Below, piece by piece: positions 24,886-32,000 of a stretch of DNA of 32,000 bases. Each line of letters opens with the position of its first letter. Position 1 is the first letter of the stretch. The stretch comes from Vibrio vulnificus CMCP6 (GTDB lineage: Bacteria > Pseudomonadota > Gammaproteobacteria > Enterobacterales > Vibrionaceae): NCBI RefSeq assembly GCF_000039765.1, contig NC_004459.3, positions 2,631,127 to 2,663,126 on the forward strand, in the 5' to 3' direction. A model generated the notes under the pieces. That model saw only the letters and a program-made list of their open reading frames with translations, had not been told where the DNA came from and ran no database searches. Both the position numbers and the translations under genes were made by a program.

Positions 24886-26319
24886 TTATGCCGGCTGTGC
24901 AACTGCTTTTAAGCTTTGCTTAGGTGCAGTCACTGTTTTGTACGTGTTGTATGCCATTAGGAACATACCCGATAGGAAGATGAAACCACCTAAGAAACGT
25001 ACGAAGTAGAATGGGTAAGAAGCCTCAACAGATTCCACGAAGCTGTAAGTCAACGTACCGTCAGAGTTGACTGCACGCCACATCAGACCCTGCATAACAC
25101 CAGAGATCCACATTGCAACGATGTACAGTACTGTACCGATAGTCGCCAACCAGAAGTGAACATTGATTAGGCTTACTGAGTACATGCGCTCTTGGTTAAA
25201 TAGGCGAGGGATCAAGTGGTAAACCGAACCGATTGATACCATTGCAACCCAACCCAACGCACCTGAGTGAACGTGACCAACAGTCCAGTCGGTGTAGTGT
25301 GACAATGCGTTCACCGTCTTAATTGACATCATAGGACCTTCGAAAGTCGACATGCCATAGAAAGAAAGTGAAACGATCAAGAAACGCAAAATTGGGTCGT
25401 AACGTAGCTTATGCCACGCACCAGACAGGGTCATAATACCGTTGATCATACCACCCCAAGATGGAGCGAATAGAACCAAAGACATAACCATACCTAGAGA
25501 CTGAGTCCAGTCAGGTAGTGCTGTGTAATGTAAGTGGTGAGGACCAGCCCAGATATACAAAGAAACAAGAGCCCAGAAGTGGACAATTGACAAACGGTAT
25601 GAGTAAACAGGACGCTCAGCTTGCTTTGGTACAAAGTAGTACATCATACCAAGGAAACCCGCTGTAAGAAGGAAACCTACCGCATTGTGACCGTACCACC
25701 ATTGAACCATCGCATCTACTGCACCTGAGTAAATCGAGTAAGATTTACCAAGTGAAACAGGGATTGCCATGCTGTTCACAATGTGAAGCACTGCCACGGT
25801 AATGATAAAGGCACCAAAGAACCAGTTTGCTACGTAAATGTGAGAAGTATTACGTTTCACTAAGGTTCCAAAGAAAACAACCGCGTATGAAACCCATACG
25901 ACTGCGATTGCAATATCAATTGGCCATTCAAGTTCTGCATATTCTTTACCGGAGGTTAAACCCAGTGGCAAAGTGATTGCAGCGGCAAGAATAATAGCCT
26001 GCCAACCCCAGAAGGTGAAGGCGACGAGAGGACCACCAAATAGACGAGTTTGACAGGTGCGCTGTACAACATAGTATGACGTTGCGAACAAGGCACTTGT
26101 ACCAAACGCGAAAATGACCGCGTTAGTATGCAGGGGACGTAAACGACTGTACGTCAACCACGGCGTATCAAAGTTGAGCTGTGGCCATACTAATTGAGCG
26201 GCAATCAAAACACCAACAGCCATGCCAACAATACCCCATAAAATGGTCACAAGGGTAAATTGACGAACGACTGTATAGTTGTAGTTTTGTTCAAGCTGCT
26301 TTTCTTGGCTCATTTGCAT
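24886..26319 (-). CDS. ccoN: cbb3 oxidase catalytic subunit CcoN
   Basis: 12+ TM helices. Haem-copper oxidase His ligands (HFWALV...[16 protein letters not shown]). Confidence 0.95.
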   Translation of the reverse strand: MQMSQEKQLEQNYNYTVVRQFTLVTILWGIVGMAVGVLIAAQLVWPQLNFDTPWLTYSRLRPLHTNAVIFAFGTSALFATSYYVVQRTCQTRLFGGPLVAFTFWGWQAIILAAAITLPLGLTSGKEYAELEWPIDIAIAVVWVSYAVVFFGTLVKRNTSHIYVANWFFGAFIITVAVLHIVNSMAIPVSLGKSYSIYSGAVDAMVQWWYGHNAVGFLLTAGFLGMMYYFVPKQAERPVYSYRLSIVHFWALVSLYIWAGPHHLHYTALPDWTQSLGMVMSLVLFAPSWGGMINGIMTLSGAWHKLRYDPILRFLIVSLSFYGMSTFEGPMMSIKTVNALSHYTDWTVGHVHSGALGWVAMVSIGSVYHLIPRLFNQERMYSVSLINVHFWLATIGTVLYIVAMWISGVMQGLMWRAVNSDGTLTYSFVESVEASYPFYFVRFLGGFIFLSGMFLMAYNTYKTVTAPKQSLKAVAQPA

Positions 26320-26468
26320 GCTTCCAATTTCTAATTAACTACACTTTACTTCCAACACGACTTGCGTCGTAACACCACCCAAATCAACTCAAGAAATACT
26401 GCGTTATCATCACTTTATTCCTCTTGCCGACTTTAAGAAAAAGTGGCATTTTCAGTGGCACACTATAC

Positions 26469-26485
26469 TTGAATTAACAATTCAA
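26469..26485. promoter_or_regulatory. 17-bp near-perfect palindrome in the ccoN / 26570 divergent intergenic region; binding factor unknown
   Basis: TTGAATTAACAATTCAA, with 7 of 8 arm positions complementary around a central A. It lies 150-166 bp upstream of the ccoN ATG. Confidence 0.35.
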
Positions 26486-26569
26486 TGACAGAGTAGTAAC
26501 CTTACTGACGCTCTGGAAATCATCTTTTATTTAAAAACTTTGAAGTTTGTAACAAGGAAAACTGAAAAA

Positions 26570-26926
26570 ATGCCGGCACAAAAGTTAACAAAGGCAAGGC
26601 TTGCACAAATATTAATCATGCTCACGATATTAGTGGTGGCGTTTATATGGAGGTCGTTGAGTTATCAACCGCTGGAAGAGATTGATTGTTCACAAAAAGA
26701 ACGATGCGAGTTAACACTTGATAACAGTAAAATGATTATTTATCGCGCTAGCCACCAAATTAAGATCCAAACAGATAAAAACAATAATTTAAAAATTGAT
26801 TTAGATCAAAATAAAGCATCAAATATACCATTCAGCGATAACATCATTTTATTAGATGCAAGCACTGCTACATCAATAAAAATACGTAATAAAGACAATA
26901 CGACCATTGCGGTTATTGTTCTATAA
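26570..26926 (+). CDS. Small AT-rich single-pass membrane protein of unknown function
   Basis: The track ORF starts at a TTG at 26540. I prefer the ATG at 26570 (AAGGAAA upstream). One TM helix (LAQILIMLTILVVAFIW). The remainder is Asn/Lys/Ile-rich. Confidence 0.5.
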   Translation: MPAQKLTKARLAQILIMLTILVVAFIWRSLSYQPLEEIDCSQKERCELTLDNSKMIIYRASHQIKIQTDKNNNLKIDLDQNKASNIPFSDNIILLDASTATSIKIRNKDNTTIAVIVL

Positions 26927-27041
26927 ATCAGACTTGGCACGCGTTGTTATAGACTGGTTCAGTACTTCTCATTCAAATTAATAGAAGTGGAGTACTAGAT
27001 TGGTATAAAGTAAGGGGAGTTTTAGAAATCGTTACTACGTG

Positions 27042-28241
27042 ATGCTTTGCCAATCTGTTATTAGTCATTTGACCAACGAAGAACACGCTGTCGCTGCAAT
27101 CAAAGAGCAGATCGCTCATGATCACTTAGCGATGCTCATTTGCTACTATACCGAAGAGTATTCTAGCCATAAACTTCAACATTCTTTCCGACAACATTTT
27201 CCTGCGATTCCTGTACATGGTGCAAGTTCATGTCGCGCGATCATGACCGATAAGGGATTTCACCCAGGGCCTGTTGTTGGTGTTTTTGCTATCTATGACA
27301 GTGGTAGCAACGCTTATGGCACTGGGATATCAGACATCGACGAAAGCAGTGACAGCGTCACGGAAATTGTATTTAAAACGTTGGATATGGCACTTCACAA
27401 TGCAGACCGAGTTGGGGAAGTACCTAGTCTGATCTTACTTCATGCGACTCCAGGGAATGAGGAGTCAATCATCGAAGCTATTGACCAAAAGTTTGGAACT
27501 TTAGTACCTATTATCGGCGGAAGCGCAGCCGACAATCAGGTCAAAGGAAACTGGTCTATTTTCACAACGCAGGGAACAAGCATAAAAGGCATTAGCCTCA
27601 CGGTATTTTTCTCTTCACAATCTATCTTCACTGCGTTTAGTGCAGGCCACACGCCAACAGAATTATCGGGGCTCGTTACGAAAGTCAGCGATAGAGTTCT
27701 ACTGGAGATTGATGGTAAACCCGCAAGTTCCGTGTACAAAGATTGGACCAAAATTCATCTTGATGAGTACAACCAAGAACAATTGATCTTTGATATTGCA
27801 ACTGCGTATCCGTTAGGGCGAGTTGCAGGGCAGCTCTACGATTATCCTTACTTTAAGCTTTCACACCCAGTCAGAGAAACGACTGAAAATGGTATTGAAC
27901 TCTTTTCTACCGTCGATCTGGGAGAGCGCATCTACCTCATGCAGGGATGTAAAGATCAGCTTATCAGCCGAGCAGCACGAGTTATCAATGCGGCATTTTG
28001 GCAAAAACTAGAAGACTCTCGAAAAATAGGTGTTATTAACATTTTTTGTGCAGGCCCTATGATTCACTTAAAACACGATATCGACAGTGTTTTGAAACAA
28101 CTTCTAGATGAATTAGATGATAAACCTTTTATTTGCCCGTTTACTTTCGGCGAGCAGGGGCGCTTCGTTGGCGGTGAAAACGGGCACGGTAACTTAATGA
28201 TTTCTTCAGCTATTTTCCATTCACCGGATGAAAGTAAATAA
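27042..28241 (+). CDS. FIST-domain sensor protein (NosP-like)
   Basis: About 400 aa and soluble, with the two-lobed FIST_N/FIST_C-type layout (GGSAADN..., FGEQG... near the C-terminus). It is coupled to a hybrid kinase. Position next to cco matches my recollection of V. cholerae nosP (VC1444). Confidence 0.65.
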   Translation: MLCQSVISHLTNEEHAVAAIKEQIAHDHLAMLICYYTEEYSSHKLQHSFRQHFPAIPVHGASSCRAIMTDKGFHPGPVVGVFAIYDSGSNAYGTGISDIDESSDSVTEIVFKTLDMALHNADRVGEVPSLILLHATPGNEESIIEAIDQKFGTLVPIIGGSAADNQVKGNWSIFTTQGTSIKGISLTVFFSSQSIFTAFSAGHTPTELSGLVTKVSDRVLLEIDGKPASSVYKDWTKIHLDEYNQEQLIFDIATAYPLGRVAGQLYDYPYFKLSHPVRETTENGIELFSTVDLGERIYLMQGCKDQLISRAARVINAAFWQKLEDSRKIGVINIFCAGPMIHLKHDIDSVLKQLLDELDDKPFICPFTFGEQGRFVGGENGHGNLMISSAIFHSPDESK

Positions 28242-29952
28242 CATGACAACGTTTGAAAAAGAAGCCCTTCACGACGCATTAGTTGAGCTTAAAAAGAGTA
28301 GGGAACTCGAAAAACGACTAGCTGAAGAAAACAAAGCCATCCTCAGCGCAATCTCTGCAATGAGTGAAGCAAAAAATCGTCACGAAATCTTCTTAGGCCT
28401 CAATAATGTATTGAAGAAATACATCAACTTTGATGATTTTGTGGTCCTTACCCGGCACTGCGATAAAGAGAGTTTCGCAACGTTGCTCACGACAAACCAA
28501 GTGTTCAATAATACAACTTGGTGTGATGGAAAAAAATTTAGCCGAGTGCTCAATGGCGAATGCATCATTCTATTCGAACCCACCGAGTTGTCAGAGTTTA
28601 AACAGCTCAACAGCTTTATCAAAAGCCACATTAACTCTGTTTTATTAACGGGTATTGATGCTCAGGTCACACAATCCGTTATTCTCCTGATCGGTAATAC
28701 AAAAGGGCAGTTCAGTATTGAAGCGAAAGAAACTCTCAAGCGCTTTTTGCCTTTGATAGAACGAGCTGTTATTGATATCGAAAACAAAGAGAAGTTACAA
28801 CGTATCGTTGAATTAAGGACCCGAGAATTGGCATTGGCCAGGGAAGAGTCTGAACGAGCCAACCGAGCAAAATCCGAGTTTCTAGCCATGATGAGCCATG
28901 AGTTAAGAACACCATTGAACTCTGTTTTGGGAATGCTGGATGTTCTCAAACAGTCCGACATGTCAGCAGGTCACATCAACTTGCTCTCCCATATGGAAAG
29001 TTCGGCAGGGCTTTTACTGGCAATCATCAGCGACATACTTGACCTATCCAAAATTGAATCTGGCGAATTTTCCCTTTCACCTCAATGGATTAACATAAAT
29101 GACACTGTCACTTTTGTGGTATCGCAACAGCAATTAGTCGCGGCGACAAAAGGGCTCAATATTGAACTCAGCATCGAACTTGACGACAAGCGTCACTATT
29201 GGCTTGATCCCAGCCGATTGTCTCAAGTGTTATTTAATCTCATTGGTAACGCGGTGAAGTTTACTCAGCAAGGCCAGATTGATATTCGTGTGAACCTAGA
29301 GAATGATGAGTTATCTATCTCTGTCATAGACACCGGGATTGGCATTGAGAAAGACAAAATTAGCTCTTTGTTCACTGCGTTTAAACAAGCAGATAGTTCA
29401 ATCACCAGAAAATTTGGAGGAACGGGTCTAGGGCTTGCTATTACAAAACATTTGGTTGAACTCATGTCAGGAACGGTTCGTGTTTCTAGTCAGTTTGGCA
29501 AGGGCTCGACATTCGTTGTGAAAATTCCGGTTAAAAGCCGCAAGCTAATTCGTTTGAGCCAAGACGGCACGACTAACAAACGCGACAGAGCATTGAATGT
29601 TTTAGTCGTAGAAGATACACATTCCAATCAAATGGTTATCCAACTGCTTTTAAACAAACTTGGCCACAACGTGTTTATTGCCAACAATGGCAGCGAAGCG
29701 ATAGAGTTCATCGAGTCCAACACTGAGTCACTGGATGTGGTGTTTATGGATGTGTCAATGCCAGTCATGGATGGACTCACAGCAACTAAAATTCTACGAG
29801 CAAAGGGATTTGAAGTGCCAATTATCGCTTTAACAGCCCATGCCTTAGCCAGCGATAAACAAAATTGCCTAGACGTTGGCATGGACAGTTTCGTTGCCAA
29901 GCCTGTACGAAAACAAGAACTTGCCAACGCAATCGAAGCCTTAATCGTATAA
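28228..29952 (+). CDS. Soluble hybrid sensor histidine kinase (coiled coil + GAF-like region, HisKA, HATPase_c, receiver); VpsS-like
   Basis: H-box MSHELRTPLNSVLG. N/G boxes (LIGNAVKFT, DTGIGI, GGTGLGLAI). Receiver domain with DVSMPVMDG and KP. No TM segment and no Hpt domain. An alternative start at 28243 lies 1 nt after the FIST stop. Confidence 0.85.
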   Translation: MKVNNMTTFEKEALHDALVELKKSRELEKRLAEENKAILSAISAMSEAKNRHEIFLGLNNVLKKYINFDDFVVLTRHCDKESFATLLTTNQVFNNTTWCDGKKFSRVLNGECIILFEPTELSEFKQLNSFIKSHINSVLLTGIDAQVTQSVILLIGNTKGQFSIEAKETLKRFLPLIERAVIDIENKEKLQRIVELRTRELALAREESERANRAKSEFLAMMSHELRTPLNSVLGMLDVLKQSDMSAGHINLLSHMESSAGLLLAIISDILDLSKIESGEFSLSPQWININDTVTFVVSQQQLVAATKGLNIELSIELDDKRHYWLDPSRLSQVLFNLIGNAVKFTQQGQIDIRVNLENDELSISVIDTGIGIEKDKISSLFTAFKQADSSITRKFGGTGLGLAITKHLVELMSGTVRVSSQFGKGSTFVVKIPVKSRKLIRLSQDGTTNKRDRALNVLVVEDTHSNQMVIQLLLNKLGHNVFIANNGSEAIEFIESNTESLDVVFMDVSMPVMDGLTATKILRAKGFEVPIIALTAHALASDKQNCLDVGMDSFVAKPVRKQELANAIEALIV

Positions 29953-29954
29953 CC

Positions 29955-29995
29955 AATATAGAACCTTAAATCTTTGATTAATAAGGTTCTATATT
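29955..29995 (+). terminator. AT-rich perfect 14-bp inverted repeat directly after the kinase stop; possible terminator
   Basis: AATATAGAACCTTA (29955-29968) pairs with TAAGGTTCTATATT (29982-29995). The 13-nt loop contains AATC/GATT. Only a weak T-run follows (ATTTTAT). Confidence 0.35.
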
Positions 29996-30197
29996 AGGTA
30001 TTTTATGGTAAATACGAATTATGTTTAATCATGAATAAGCGCAACAATATCAATAAAGGGTGGTAGAGGTTCAAACATTTCACGTAGCGTTATATTTAAT
30101 TTAACATAATATACATAATGCGCACTTAGCTAACGCTTCCGTAGGGCTACCAATCCACATAGCCAAGCCACCGCAAACCATTGAAATTGCGTACAAA

Positions 30198-31415
30198 TCA
30201 CATAGACAATGTTAAGCGTCCGGGCATTCTTGCTTGAATATCTTTAAGCGATGTTCCTGGCATTTGTACTTGAGCAAACCAATATGGTTTGTGTTTTTCT
30301 ACGAATGCATTGCTGTGCTGTAATCCATCATAGATTGAGAATGCCCGACTTTGTGCTAATGCAGCTCCTGCAATACTTCTTTCTTCAACAGGCACATTGT
30401 CTATATCTTCAATCACAGCATTTTTGATAAACATTGCATTTGCTGGCCAATCCATGGACTCCAAGACTCGTTTGGCTAGTTGTCCCTCAAGTTCGAAAAT
30501 AATTTTGGGTAAAAAAGACATATTGGCGACGACCTCTGCACAAGCGTAATACTCTTCACGCATATCTTGCTCACGGTATTTGAGCATCATCTCAACTAAA
30601 GCATCTTCAAATGTATGTGTAAAATGGTTTGATGCGAGAAACTGACCAACCGTTCTCAACACACCAATCAAGATGCCTGCATCGGGCTCTTTGAAATTTG
30701 CATCTTGTAAGCGCATTCTAGTGACATTCGCGGTGACTATCATGTGTTGCCACATTTTAGGAGCAATCAACTTGGTATTCGCATCGGACCATTTGAGCAT
30801 CGGCCTAGCCATCAGAACAGGGAAAAGTAAACGGCAATTTTCTATGCCCATCTGCCCTATTGCTATTTTCGCATCAGTCGCACTTTTTGATGATTTCCCT
30901 ATGCGTTCGCAGAATTTGGGGTTTGTAACGAGATCTAAAACGCTTGAACTAAGCTGATGACTCAAGGTTGTCAAAGTACTCAACTTGGAGAAACTCAAGG
31001 ATGGTGAGTAAGCAAACGAAGCAAGATGATCAAAGTTGGGTATACCATTGAACAATTTATCTATAGGCGTATTGAGTAGTTTCTCAATCATCATGTGCTC
31101 AGCATGGCGGGTAACATCCACAACGACACGTTTATGGGTATTTTGTCTTGCTTTTACCTGTTCACGCCGCTCAACCACTTTTGCCTGCTCACATTCTAAT
31201 AAAATGCGTTGATTGCGAGTGATACGCTCATCTTCAGAAAAAATAACGTCTTCGCAATAGCGACCTTGTAAACTAAGTAGGTTATCAACGTTAGACTGAT
31301 CGAGAATGTATTTCATACTCACTAACCACTTGGCATGTCTAACATTAACCTCATTTGCCACTTGTTCCGCTGTTTCAATCGCTTCTTGTGTATACCGTCT
31401 GTTGGCGAGTAGCAA
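30198..31415 (-). CDS. HDOD-like domain protein with a long N-terminal extension (405 aa from TTG)
   Basis: The central/C-terminal part resembles HDOD (LVTNPKF...AKIAIGQMGIENCRLL..., ILIGVLRTVGQ). The start is uncertain: TTG at 31415, with the first ATG at codon 34. Confidence 0.5.
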   Translation of the reverse strand: MLLANRRYTQEAIETAEQVANEVNVRHAKWLVSMKYILDQSNVDNLLSLQGRYCEDVIFSEDERITRNQRILLECEQAKVVERREQVKARQNTHKRVVVDVTRHAEHMMIEKLLNTPIDKLFNGIPNFDHLASFAYSPSLSFSKLSTLTTLSHQLSSSVLDLVTNPKFCERIGKSSKSATDAKIAIGQMGIENCRLLFPVLMARPMLKWSDANTKLIAPKMWQHMIVTANVTRMRLQDANFKEPDAGILIGVLRTVGQFLASNHFTHTFEDALVEMMLKYREQDMREEYYACAEVVANMSFLPKIIFELEGQLAKRVLESMDWPANAMFIKNAVIEDIDNVPVEERSIAGAALAQSRAFSIYDGLQHSNAFVEKHKPYWFAQVQMPGTSLKDIQARMPGRLTLSM

Positions 31416-31617
31416 ATCTGTATCCCTTTAAAGATTTATCACTAGTTTTAGTTTATTCCATAGAGACCAAAAATGAGAAACCAAAGTGATATTGCTTCCA
31501 TTATTTAATCTTGAAATTGCCTACTCTGTCACTATAAGTCACTGACGACAATCGTTCTTGAACATCACATTGAGTAGTAAACGTTCACAACACACCATGT
31601 TTTCAATCAATTATTAA

Positions 31618-31944
31618 TTAGCTCGAGATGTGAATGACAATCATTCGTTCCGGTACCTTATAGCGAAATTTACTGCCGACTTTGATTGTTTGCTTCGCAA
31701 AGCGACATATTTTGGCATCCCCCGTCCCATTGACCTTCTCAACCACCGCATGCTTGTCAGTGTGATTAAAATAAACGACAACGTCGCAATAGCCCGAATA
31801 GTGGACAAATTCTTTGTCGATTTTCTTTTGTACTGACTTTTTTAGCTTTAACGCTATTGGGTTACGAGTGGAATCATCGGCATGAATTGCACTTGGATAG
31901 AAAAGTAAAAGAGATGAAATAAGAAAAGTGACACTGTATCGCAT
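31618..31944 (-). CDS. Small secreted protein of unknown function (108 aa)
   Basis: Signal peptide MRYSVTFLISSLLLFYPSAIHA. No recognisable motif. Confidence 0.45.
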   Translation of the reverse strand: MRYSVTFLISSLLLFYPSAIHADDSTRNPIALKLKKSVQKKIDKEFVHYSGYCDVVVYFNHTDKHAVVEKVNGTGDAKICRFAKQTIKVGSKFRYKVPERMIVIHISS

Positions 31945-32000
31945 ATTTTTTCCAAATGAAAATACAATACAGTGCTCAGACTGGATGATATACGTCGATT

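Noticed and set aside
26443-26478. A sigma54 promoter reading of TGGCATTTTCAGTGGCAC / TGGCACACTATACTTGAA.
   Set aside because: GG-N10-GC spacing is not satisfied in either register.
26320-26540. An FNR/Anr box upstream of ccoN.
   Set aside because: No TTGAT-N4-ATCAA is present with more than one acceptable half-site. TTGAATTAACAATTCAA has 7-nt spacing and does not fit. I report it as an unexplained palindrome instead.
1-32000. CRISPR arrays, tRNA/rRNA genes, integron attC/VCR-type repeats, prophage or defence-system genes.
   Set aside because: I noticed no regularly spaced short repeats, no cloverleaf or rRNA-like sequence, and no nuclease-, ATPase- or methylase-type ORFs outside the annotated housekeeping genes.

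Overview
This is a Vibrionaceae-type chromosomal segment. By gene order it looks syntenic with the Vibrio cholerae chr1 pot / fnr / cco / nosP-vpsS region, as far as I recall that region. Most of it is core metabolism and respiration.

Gene order, left to right:
- 3' end of a periplasmic formate dehydrogenase operon: alpha subunit C-terminus, FeS subunit, cytochrome b subunit, and a small overlapping membrane protein.
- A low-GC accessory islet at ~3.1-6.0 kb (described below).
- A stand-alone ammonium transporter with sigma54/NtrC-like signals.
- cobB.
- potABC plus two potD paralogues, separated by terminator-like hairpins.
- A membrane protein, a Bax-like glucosaminidase and a secreted protein.
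- ttcA, uspE, and fnr with an FNR box in its own leader.
- The cbb3 oxidase cluster ccoNOQP, then ccoH-ccoI-ccoS plus a translationally coupled DsbD_2-type membrane protein. ccoQ and ccoS are absent from the ORF track and were found by hand.
- A small AT-rich membrane protein.
- A FIST (NosP-like) protein coupled to a soluble hybrid histidine kinase (VpsS-like).
- An HDOD-like protein and a small secreted protein.

I saw no rRNA, tRNA, CRISPR array, transposase or integrase.

The best candidate for an undescribed system is the islet at 3096-6025 (minus strand). It encodes a Sec-exported two-domain serine hydrolase with an AHSQG nucleophile elbow. Its GTG start overlaps the stop of an upstream lipoprotein gene. 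That lipoprotein is part of a 735-bp tandem duplication: the promoter and N-terminal half are nearly identical between copies, and the central segment is strongly diverged. Each copy carries its own promoter with an embedded Fur-box-like operator. I cannot assign either protein to a named family by eye. Toxin/immunity, lipase/foldase and enzyme/anchor are all open hypotheses.
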